DNA from: Alphaproteobacteria bacterium
GTDB lineage: Bacteria > Pseudomonadota > Alphaproteobacteria > JAWKYA01
Length of the DNA: 64,000 bases
Direction of reading: 5' to 3'
NCBI GenBank assembly: GCA_041396725.1
Contig: JAWKYA010000005.1
Location: 7,250-71,249 of the forward strand
The notes under the pieces were generated by a model that saw only the letters and a program-made list of their open reading frames with translations, was not told where the DNA came from and did no database searches. This document shows positions 8,896-17,077 of this stretch, in pieces; the first letter of the stretch is position 1, and each line of letters opens with the position of its first letter. A program made the translations under genes and the position numbers.

Positions 8896-9530
8896 TGGAG
8901 GTCTCCGAGCATGATGAATTTTTGAAAATGCTTTTTAATGCGCGCATCATGTGTGGCTATAATCAAACTGGCATTTGATTCCTTTGCTATATTGAGCAAT
9001 AGCTGCATAACCACTTTGCAAGCTTCGTCGTCCAGTGCCGAAGTTGGCTCGTCGCCTAAAATGATTTTTGGATTATTCATAGCAGCACAAGCGATGGCTA
9101 CGCGCTGTTGCTGGCCCTGGCTTAAAGTTTCCGGTTTGCGATGGCGATAATCGTTCAGCTCTAATTGGGCCAGTAACTTTTCTGCTTGCCTTACATCCTG
9201 TGCCATACCTGCGGCATATTGTACTAGTAGTAGATTTTCCAGCACTGATAACGCGCCGACCATATGGAGCGTTTGATAGATAATGCCAATATTTTTGCCT
9301 CTAAAAGCATCCAGCGTTGCTTTATTCAGTTTGGTTATTTCGATATCACCTGCGTGGATACTACCACTAATCGGCGATAGCAGCCCCGCCAGTGCGTATA
9401 ATAGCGTGGTCTTTCCAGCGCCCGATTTACCAAGAATCATGCAGTGTTCGCCGGGATCAAGAGAAAATGCAGCGATATCTACTACCGCATTACCATTATA
9501 TCCTGCTTTTAGATTCTGAATCTGGAGCAT
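8892..9530 (-). CDS. ABC transporter ATP-binding protein (MacB/LolD-like)
   Basis: Walker A GKSGAGKTT, signature LSQGQQQRV, Walker B ILGDEPTSALD. The track ORF runs to 9671 over zur. The realistic ATG at 9530 lies 8 nt after the zur stop. Confidence 0.9.
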   Translation of the reverse strand: MLQIQNLKAGYNGNAVVDIAAFSLDPGEHCMILGKSGAGKTTLLYALAGLLSPISGSIHAGDIEITKLNKATLDAFRGKNIGIIYQTLHMVGALSVLENLLLVQYAAGMAQDVRQAEKLLAQLELNDYRHRKPETLSQGQQQRVAIACAAMNNPKIILGDEPTSALDDEACKVVMQLLLNIAKESNASLIIATHDARIKKHFQKFIMLGDLQ

Positions 9531-9538
9531 GAGAACAC

Positions 9539-9937
9539 TTAAGCAGCGCAAGTCTGACAGTAGACGGGCAATTCGATCACCGCATCCCTCATCAAAGGCA
9601 CGCCTTTGCGGCGTAAACCCTCTAGTTGATGAATGATTTTGTGATCGTGAAGCTCCTCCACACGATCGCACCTCTGGCAGATTGTCAGTACTGAGAGGTC
9701 ATGATCGTGATCGGCATCGCAATTACAGGCGATAAAAGTATTTTGAGCGTGAATTTTGTGAACCGTACCGCTTTTAATGAGGCTCGCCAGAGCACGGTAA
9801 ACCACAGGGGCACCGTTGACACCGTACGATCTTAACCGTTCTAACAGATCATAGGCGCTCATCGGTTTCTTGGATTTTTTTAATATTCTTAATGTTAATT
9901 GCTTTGGATGTACTGGCAGCAATGATGGTCTTCCCAC
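9539..9937 (-). CDS. zur: Fur-family metalloregulator, Zur-like
   Basis: 132 aa. Winged-helix N-terminus (SAYDLLERL...VYRALASL), a His-rich site (DADHDHD) and two CxxC pairs (CQRC, CQTC). GTG start 5 nt after AGGAGA. Palindromic operator just upstream. Confidence 0.75.
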   Translation of the reverse strand: MGRPSLLPVHPKQLTLRILKKSKKPMSAYDLLERLRSYGVNGAPVVYRALASLIKSGTVHKIHAQNTFIACNCDADHDHDLSVLTICQRCDRVEELHDHKIIHQLEGLRRKGVPLMRDAVIELPVYCQTCAA

Positions 9938-9956
9938 ATATCTCTCCTATAATTTT

Positions 9957-9975
9957 TTTGTTACATTATAACAAA
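9957..9975. promoter_or_regulatory. Candidate Zur box 1 (19-nt palindrome)
   Basis: tttgttacattataacaaa: 8 of 9 arm positions are complementary around centre 9966. Lies 20-40 nt upstream of the zur GTG. Confidence 0.55.
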
Positions 9976-10013
9976 TAACTTTACGCGCAAGCGAATAATC
10001 GCTTACCATCACA

Positions 10014-10034
10014 ATTTGTTATATTATTACAAAT
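10014..10034. promoter_or_regulatory. Candidate Zur box 2 (21-nt palindrome)
   Basis: atttgttatattattacaaat: 9 of 10 arm positions are complementary around centre 10024. Shares the TTGT...ACAA arms with box 1. Ends 10 nt before the divergent ORF start at 10044. Confidence 0.5.
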
Positions 10035-10043
10035 GGTGTCGGA

Positions 10044-10463
10044 GTGTATGATCCAAAAAATCGAGTCGTTGCTCAAATTGTCGTAGGGATAGGTGTTGCG
10101 GGCTTACTTTTCTTTGGCCTTCAGATGCTGACGATCCCTAGAATTTTTATGCTCATCCGTCGGCCGGATGCCATTCTGCCGTACGAAGGCCCCGCGCTCG
10201 TGATATTGGCGGTGCTGTTAGCATGGTTTCGCAAGAGAGCGATGCGTGGGCTGTTGTGGGTGTTTATGGAAACACCCCGCCTGATCTCGAGCCTAGCGAT
10301 AGCGGCGGTGATCGGTGCCGAAGGCTTTATGCATATGTTCACCATCCCTCATCTTGAGGGATGGTGGATCCCAGTGCTCAGTGGGAGTACGGCGGCAACA
10401 TTCGGTGCTTGGTTCTATAAATGTAAAAAGGAAGCGTCTACCCAAGAGAAGAAGTGTGGTTGA
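10044..10463 (+). CDS. Hypothetical small membrane protein, divergent from the zur operon
   Basis: 139 aa, GTG start, about four hydrophobic helices, no motif I recognise. The start is uncertain because box 2 abuts it. Confidence 0.5.
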   Translation: MYDPKNRVVAQIVVGIGVAGLLFFGLQMLTIPRIFMLIRRPDAILPYEGPALVILAVLLAWFRKRAMRGLLWVFMETPRLISSLAIAAVIGAEGFMHMFTIPHLEGWWIPVLSGSTAATFGAWFYKCKKEASTQEKKCG

Positions 10464-10645
10464 AGCAATAAAGATCTGCTTTGAGGAAAGTGGTAAGGAG
10501 AAGGGAAGATTAGGTAGAATTGTACCAAGGCTGCGTGAGTAGTTGTACCAGTTCACTAACTTTCAACATCATCACAACGGAAAACAGATAAGCTTTGCCA
10601 GTATGGCTGTCGTCGTGCCGCGCGTCATTTTGCGCGTTCTAATCA

Positions 10646-10671
10646 CTTTCCGATTTCGAAAATCGGGAAAG
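10646..10671 (-). terminator. Stem-loop downstream of the tRNA-Cys/tRNA-Asn pair (possible terminator)
   Basis: ctttccgattt cgaa aatcgggaaag: an 11-bp stem with one bulged C. There is no clean U-run, hence the low confidence. Confidence 0.3.
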
Positions 10672-10746
10672 TAACTATCCGTCGATTTATAAGATTCGAT
10701 ATGAAAACTATTCGATGCGACGGCGGAATCATTAAATGATCAAGAA

Positions 10747-10821
10747 TGGCTCCCCGGGAGGGATTCGAACCCCCGACCAGCCGGTTAACAGCCGGCTGCT
10801 CTACCGCTGAGCTCCCGAGGA
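10747..10821 (-). tRNA. tRNA-Asn (GTT), CCA encoded
   Basis: My reverse complement reads TCCTCGGGAGCTCAGCGGTAGAGCAGCCGGCTGTTAACCGGCTGGTCGGGGGTTCGAATCCCTCCCGGGGAGCCA. It folds as a cloverleaf; anticodon loop CTGTTAA. Confidence 0.93.
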
Positions 10822-10924
10822 ATAAAACCATTTGCTCACGGTGAGCCTTATACCAAAGGCGTGATCCCTTGCAAACGGCGTTCACGATGAGTCAGTGAAT
10901 AATAACTCGACTCATGCATTACTG

Positions 10925-10998
10925 TGGAGGCCCGGGCCGGAATCGAACCGGCGTAAGCGGATTTGCAGTCCGATGGATGGCCACTCTCCCACCGGGCC
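10925..10998 (-). tRNA. tRNA-Cys (GCA), CCA encoded
   Basis: My reverse complement reads GGCCCGGTGGGAGAGTGGCCATCCATCGGACTGCAAATCCGCTTACGCCGGTTCGATTCCGGCCCGGGCCTCCA. Anticodon loop CTGCAAA. Confidence 0.92.
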
Positions 10999-11152
10999 AG
11001 AGGGGCTGATACAAGTCGCCATAAGTTAAATAGTCAAGCAAACTCTCGAAAATAAGTTTTCAAGTGGAGTCATAGGATCATAATCGAAATTAATCGCTGG
11101 AATGGGTTGTCAAAAGCCTTTTAAAGGATTATAAACACAAGACTTAGGGGGC

Positions 11153-11890
11153 GTGCATGGTGCGGTCCCTATTTATTGTGGGGAACACAAGGGATTGATC
11201 GCTACCTCCCAAAATCAATGGCCGGATACAAAATCAGCGCTTTTCCGCCAGAATATGGTCAATGGGCAGCTGAGAACAAACCATGTTCGCGATGGGGCAG
11301 TTCTGGCGGCCATGGAGGCTGTTCGCCGTGAAGACTTCGTTCCTGGAGTACTCCATTCCCTTGCATATTCAGACGAAGATCTTGCTATAGGCCGTGATAG
11401 GTACATGCTGGCGCCGGCAGTTCTTGGTCGAATGGTGCAAGCGGTTAGCCTTGTATCCGGGGATAAAGTCCTAGATATCGGCTGTTTAACGGGATACAGC
11501 CCAACTGTCTTAAGTCAATTATGCCAGAGGGTTATCGGACTCGAGAGTGATTTGGAATTTGCCATAGAAGCAAGGCGTCACCATGAAGATTCATCAAAAA
11601 ATGTGAGAATCGTTCAAGGTGAGCTTGCGCAGGGCTATGCAGAACAGGCACCTTACGATGTTATATTGTTGGAGGGTGCGATAGATTCCGTACCGCATGA
11701 ATTGCTAGATCAACTTGGCGACGGGGGTCGATTGGTTGCAGTAATTGGTGGAGAGGCGGAAGTCACCGGCACGATGGGGTTGGCAACATTGTTTGTAAAA
11801 ACGGGTGATGTTGTGACGTCACGTGTCTTGTTTGATTGTGCTGTTCCGAGGTTACCAGGGTTTGCACAAAAGCCGGCCTTTATTTTCTAA
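11153..11890 (+). CDS. Protein-L-isoaspartate O-methyltransferase-family protein (TolC-linked paralog)
   Basis: ARxNMVxxQLRT-type N-terminus (ALFRQNMVNGQLRTNHV), SAM motif VLDIGCLTGY and GGRLV. The start codon is uncertain; GTG 11153 is the track start. Confidence 0.8.
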   Translation: MHGAVPIYCGEHKGLIATSQNQWPDTKSALFRQNMVNGQLRTNHVRDGAVLAAMEAVRREDFVPGVLHSLAYSDEDLAIGRDRYMLAPAVLGRMVQAVSLVSGDKVLDIGCLTGYSPTVLSQLCQRVIGLESDLEFAIEARRHHEDSSKNVRIVQGELAQGYAEQAPYDVILLEGAIDSVPHELLDQLGDGGRLVAVIGGEAEVTGTMGLATLFVKTGDVVTSRVLFDCAVPRLPGFAQKPAFIF

Positions 11891-11920
11891 CAGGGTCGAG
11901 ATCAGCTAAGGGAATATATA

Positions 11921-13420
11921 ATGAGGCTCAAAACTCCCCCGATTAAGATGACAGTCCGCCCCGAGATGGCTGTGCTTTGTATTGCTACCGCTTCTTGGCT
12001 GAGTATCGCGAGTTATACAGTGGCAAGCCCTGCTCATGCGCAGTCACTGACGGAAGCTTTGGTATCAACCTATACGAACAATCCGCAGCTGCGTGCCGCC
12101 CGCGCCGAATTGCGTGCCGTAGATGAGCGGGTGAACCAAGCAAAAGGTGGGTATCGCCCAAATATCGATGCCGCCACAAGTGTGGGACATGAATGGGTTA
12201 ATAATCGCCGTGCAGAAGGGCGCTATGATGCTGCAACAGGTGAGCGTGTTTTCGGTCCGATAGTGGAAACAACACCGCAGTCGACGCGTCTTTCTTTAAC
12301 TCAGCCAGTTTTCCGTGGATTCAGGACTGTCCGGGCGATTGAACGGGCTGAAAATGAGGTTATGGCCCAGCGGTCGCGGCTGGCGTCAACCGAACAGAAT
12401 ATCCTATTAAATGCTGCCGTAGCTTACCTTGATGTCTACCGGGATCAAGCGGTGGTTGATCTAACAATCAATAATGAGCGGGTATTGCAGCGGCAGTTAG
12501 AGGCGGCTGGAGATCGGTTTCGCGTTGGTGAAATTACGAAAACAGATGTATCGCAAGCGGAAGCGCGTGTTGCAGGTGCTACGGCAGGTAGAGCCGCATC
12601 CGAGGGTAATCTTATTCAATCGCGGGCAACATATTTAAGATTCGTCGGTAGTCAGCCAGGCGTTCTGCCTCAACCAGAGTTGACCCTAACGATTGCGTCG
12701 AGTCTTGAAGAAACCCTAAGTGCGGCAATGACCCACGACCCAGATGTTTTAGCGGCGCAGTATCTTGAAATTGCATCACGTCAGTCTATTCATGAAGCCG
12801 AAGGTGAGCTGTTGCCTGAGGTTAATCTTCGAAGTAATTGGACAAGGACCTTAGAACAGGGCGGTAATCAAGCACAGCAAGCTGATGTTTATACAGTTTT
12901 AGCGGAGCTCCGGGTCCCTCTTTACGAGCAAGGTGTTGCCTATTCAAAGGTTCGCCAAGCTAAGCAGACCGCGGGTCAACGGCGCCTTGATATTGAAACT
13001 GCCCGCCGGACTTCTTCGGAGCGAGCAACGCAGTCATGGCAAGCCCTGGTTACATCGCGTGCGCAAATTGTAAGCTATAAAGCTCAGGTTGATGCTGCGA
13101 ATGTTGCTCTAGAGGGTGTCCGCCAAGAGGCCACTGTAGGGTCGCGCACCGTTCTGGATGTTCTTGATCAAGAGCAAGAAGCCTTGGATGCGCGCGTCAA
13201 TCTTGTTCGTGCGCAACGCGAAGAGGCTGTCGCGCAATTCCGTGTTGCAGCGGCTATGGGAAATTTAACAGCTATGGGCCTTAATTTACCTGTCGAAAAG
13301 TATGATGTTACCAAGCACTATGATGAGGTAAAAAACAAGCTCATTGGGGTTAAGGGTGATCCGGATGATCTCACGGGTCCAGATACCACCAAACAGAATC
13401 CACCACCTAAAATCAAATAA
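11921..13420 (+). CDS. tolC: TolC-family outer membrane channel
   Basis: 499 aa. Signal peptide ending AHAQSL; two tandem OEP repeats (LTEAL...NPQLRAARAEL..., YRPNI...). Confidence 0.9.
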   Translation: MRLKTPPIKMTVRPEMAVLCIATASWLSIASYTVASPAHAQSLTEALVSTYTNNPQLRAARAELRAVDERVNQAKGGYRPNIDAATSVGHEWVNNRRAEGRYDAATGERVFGPIVETTPQSTRLSLTQPVFRGFRTVRAIERAENEVMAQRSRLASTEQNILLNAAVAYLDVYRDQAVVDLTINNERVLQRQLEAAGDRFRVGEITKTDVSQAEARVAGATAGRAASEGNLIQSRATYLRFVGSQPGVLPQPELTLTIASSLEETLSAAMTHDPDVLAAQYLEIASRQSIHEAEGELLPEVNLRSNWTRTLEQGGNQAQQADVYTVLAELRVPLYEQGVAYSKVRQAKQTAGQRRLDIETARRTSSERATQSWQALVTSRAQIVSYKAQVDAANVALEGVRQEATVGSRTVLDVLDQEQEALDARVNLVRAQREEAVAQFRVAAAMGNLTAMGLNLPVEKYDVTKHYDEVKNKLIGVKGDPDDLTGPDTTKQNPPPKIK

Positions 13421-13435
13421 TTATCCCTCTACACC

Positions 13436-13468
13436 AGAGCCACTGGGACCCCCAGTGGCTCTTTTTTC
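13436..13468 (+). terminator. Rho-independent terminator after tolC
   Basis: Perfect 12-bp stem agagccactggg / cccagtggctct, 3-nt loop, followed by T6. Confidence 0.85.
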
Positions 13469-13538
13469 TTATCAGGGATGCATTTAGCAGCTATATCTTA
13501 TCTTGCTTTGAATTGATCAAGCTACAAATGGAATTTTC

Positions 13539-14216
13539 ATGACTCCGTCAGCAGATAACCAGCAAGAACCGTCTATGGAAGAAATCCTTGCCTCTATCCG
13601 TAAAATTATCGCGGAAAATGGTGAAGAAGGCAGTAAACCTACTGCACAGGCAAATTCTCCAGATAAAGCAGGACAATCCACGCCACGGGAACGCATTTTG
13701 GAGTTAACGAATGTCGTTGGGGAAGAAACTTCCGCACCGGCAGAGGAGCGTACGCACCAACAATCGCAGAGGCAACCCTCTCGCTCGGGTCGGCCGCAGA
13801 GCCAACAACAACGTCAGTCACAAGAGCAATCATTTCGTCCAGCGTCCTCATCCAGTAATCCCGAAAAACAATCTTCGCGTGATGATATGGTAAAAGATAA
13901 TGACCTTGAGAAAGAGCTATCGGACTTACCACTGTCCACAGCACCTGCTCTAACGCAGACTCAGCTGAATCCTATTTCAGATCAGAGTGTTACTCTTATG
14001 AGTCATGAGACGGCCGTGGCCGCATCGGCAGCTTTTGCAGAACTAGCGACAGTTTCAAGACTTCCCGTTGGAAGATCTTCTGATCGGACCCTGGAAGATC
14101 TGACAAAAGATATCTTACGCCCCTTACTTAAGACATGGCTGGATCAGAATTTGCCCCCCTTGGTGGAGCGCTTAATCCGGCAAGAAATTGAGCGTATTGT
14201 CCGTAACAGATCCTAA
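13539..14216 (+). CDS. popZ: DUF2497 / PopZ-like pole-organizing protein
   Basis: The N-terminal EPSMEEILASIRKIIAE helix, a long Pro/Gln/Ser/Glu-rich disordered middle and the C-terminal LEDLTKDILRPLLKTWLDQNLPPLVERLIRQEIERI all match the PopZ layout as I recall it from Caulobacter. Confidence 0.75.
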   Translation: MTPSADNQQEPSMEEILASIRKIIAENGEEGSKPTAQANSPDKAGQSTPRERILELTNVVGEETSAPAEERTHQQSQRQPSRSGRPQSQQQRQSQEQSFRPASSSSNPEKQSSRDDMVKDNDLEKELSDLPLSTAPALTQTQLNPISDQSVTLMSHETAVAASAAFAELATVSRLPVGRSSDRTLEDLTKDILRPLLKTWLDQNLPPLVERLIRQEIERIVRNRS

Positions 14217-14330
14217 TTGAAATTTTATAATTATGGTAAAGCCATAATCGAATAAAGCTTGGTTATTGCCTAGTGAATGAGCAATAACTGCGTAAGTGCG
14301 ACGCCTATCGATGGCTTAAAGAGCTGAATT

Positions 14331-16972
14331 ATGTTGGATAAGACCTTCCAGCCTCGCGAAGTTGAGGCAAAGCATTATAGCGACTGGGAATCGAAAGGTG
14401 CTTTTTCGGCCCATCCCGAGAGTAATGCGCAACCTTATGCCATTGTCATTCCGCCCCCTAATGTTACCGGCAACCTGCATATGGGGCACGCACTTAATAA
14501 TACATTGCAAGATATTCTTATTCGTTTTTCCCGTATGAAAGGGAAGGACACCTTATGGCAACCAGGGACGGATCACGCGGGCATCGCAACACAGATGGTG
14601 GTGGAGCGACAGTTGGAATCTGAAGGGATAAATCGTCAAGCGCTCGGCCGCGAGAAGTTTTTAGAGCATGTATGGCGTTGGAAAGAACAGTCGGGTGGAG
14701 CGATTACGCGCCAGCTGCGCCGCTTGGGTGCTTCATGCGACTGGGCGCGCGAGCGTTTCACGATGGATGAGGGGCTATCTCTTGCTGTACGTAAGGTTTT
14801 GTGGATCTCTATCGTGATGGCTTGATCTATAAGGACAAACGTCTCGTTAATTGGGATCCTAAATTACAAACAGCGATCTCGGATTTAGAAGTTCTACCCA
14901 GAGAAATAAAGGGCAGTCTTTGGTATTTTCGCTACCCAATTGAGGGCGATTCGAACCGACATATTATCATTGCCACAACGCGCCCCGAGACGATGTTAGG
15001 CGATAGCGGGATAGCGGTTCATCCTGATGATGCGCGATATCGAGATCTTATTGGTAAGTTTGCGCGGCTTCCGTTTGTTGGCCGCCGCATTCCTATTATC
15101 GCGGACAATTACGCCGACCCAGAACAAGGTTCCGGTGCGGTGAAAATAACACCAGCCCATGATTTCAACGATTTCGAAGTGGGTCGTCGCCATAATCTGG
15201 AAATGATTTCAATTATGGATGAGAACGCTCGTTTAACAGACGATGTGCCCCAACCCTATCGAGGTTTAGATCGGTTCGATGCACGTAAGAAAATCATTGC
15301 GGACATGGAGGCGGCGGGACTTTTAGAAAAAGTTGAACCCCATACCCACAAGGTTCCTTATGGGGAACGCGGTGGTGTCCCTGTCGAACCTCTTTTGACC
15401 GAGCAATGGTATTGCGATGCAAAGACCCTTGCTCAACCTGCAATCAAAGCAGTGGAAGAAGGGCAAACAGTTTTTATCCCTGCCAATTGGACCAAGACCT
15501 ATTACGAGTGGATGCGTAATATTCAACCCTGGTGCATCTCGCGTCAGTTGTGGTGGGGGCATCGCATTCCAGCATGGTATGGTCCCGACGGTAAGATTTT
15601 CGTCGCCATGACAGAAGATGAAGCTAAGGCCGAGGCTAAGGCGCATTATGGGAAAGACGAGGTTCTTAATCAGGATTCGGACGTACTTGATACCTGGTTT
15701 TCATCTGCTCTTTGGCCTTTTTCGACCTTAGGCTGGCCAAAGAAAACTAAAGAGTTAGACCGATATTATCCAACAGATACGCTGGTAACTGGCTTCGATA
15801 TCATTTTCTTTTGGGTCGCTCGGATGATGATGATGGGGTTGCGCTTTATGGGCGAAGTTCCCTTTCGCACGGTCTATATCCACGCTTTGGTTCGCGATGA
15901 GCGTGGCCAGAAAATGTCGAAATCTAAAGGCAATGTGGTCGATCCCTTAGGCTTGGTCGATGACTATGGGGCTGATGCTTTACGATTTACTTTGGCGGCT
16001 ATGGCGGCTCAGGGGCGCGATATTAAATTGTCCCTCTCTCGTGTAGAGGGGTATCGGAATTTTGCTACTAAACTTTGGAATGCAGCAAGATTCTGCGAAA
16101 TGAATGAGTGTCGTTTCGATCCGAATTTTAACCCAAACGCGTGTAATCAAACCTTATCGAAATGGTTGATCAGTAGTCTTACCCATGTGGCCAACGATGT
16201 TGAGATAGCTCTCAAAGAATTTCGCTTTAATGAAGCGGCCGGATGCATATATCAATTTGCATGGCATAGTTATTGCGATTGGTTTCTTGAGTTTGCTAAA
16301 CCTGTTTTTACCGGTATAGATGAGGTAGCCAAGACAGAAATTCGCTCTGTTGCAGCATGGGGGTTTGAGCAAATTATGCGATTGCTTCACCCTTTTATGC
16401 CCTTCATTACCGAGGAGCTCTGGCAGAATCTTACACATGAAAAGGGATGGTTAATCGATGTAGGTTGGCCAGAATTACCGCTCTCTCTAGTCGATTCTGC
16501 TGCAGCGGAAGAAATTGAATGGTTGATTAAGCTTATTACGGAAGTGCGTGCAGTTCGCGCCGAGATGAATGTTCCTGCGGCAGCGCAGATCCCACTTATT
16601 GTGCAAGGAGCTTCCCCTAGGACGAAAAAGCGTATTGATCAGTATCGTCCTCTTATTGTCCGGTTGGCTCGGTTATCAGAAGTGATGTGCGATGATGGAT
16701 TTTCGTTAACAGGCGCTGCGCAAATTATTTCTGGAGAAGCTACGCTTTTATTGCCGCTTGCAGATGTCATCGATTTTAATAAAGAGCGAGAGCGACTTCT
16801 GAAAGAAGCAAGAAAGCTTCAAGATGAAATCGATAAGATCGCAACTAAGCTGGCAAACCGAGACTTTATCATGCGAGCGCCTGAAGAAGTAGTGGATGAA
16901 CAACGAGAACGCCAAGAAGAGTTAATGGCTACCCGTATGCGGTTGCAGAGCGCCTTACGCCACCTCGGCTAA
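14331..16972 (+). pseudogene. valS: Valine--tRNA ligase, split by one frameshift in this assembly (probably intact in vivo)
   Basis: Track ORFs 14331..14825 and 14801..16972 together give a full ValRS (HMGH, KMSKS present). The join ...AVRKV|[12 protein letters not shown] needs T5 where the sequence has T4 (14797-14800). Confidence 0.9.
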
Positions 16973-17037
16973 ACGTGCCAGTTACAAATTAATTGGTTTT
17001 TGAAGAGATATTTTCTATTCTCATTATTGCCAGAGGC

Positions 17038-17069
17038 CGGTGAAGGTGGGGAGCGGTGAAGGTGGGGAA
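17038..17069 (+). repeat. Tandem 16-nt duplication covering the ilvD Shine-Dalgarno region
   Basis: cggtgaaggtggggag (17038-17053) is followed directly by cggtgaaggtggggaa (17054-17069). The ilvD ATG is at 17078. Confidence 0.9.
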
Positions 17070-17077
17070 GGAAAACT

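Noticed and set aside
9531-9671. Upstream extension of the ABC ATPase ORF overlapping zur
   Set aside because: The extension lies in the alternate frame of the zur coding sequence. The ATPase domain begins at MLQIQNLKAGY (ATG 9530), 8 nt after the zur stop.
10643-10885. 80-aa minus-strand ORF
   Set aside because: It runs straight through tRNA-Asn (10747..10821), so it is a spurious ORF over an RNA gene.
14797-14800. Programmed ribosomal frameshift or transcriptional slippage as an explanation for the split valS (and similarly argS)
   Set aside because: The run is only T4. There is no slippery heptamer with a downstream structure, and known slippage rescue needs much longer homopolymers. The same one-base-deficit pattern recurs in unrelated genes, which favours an assembly artefact.
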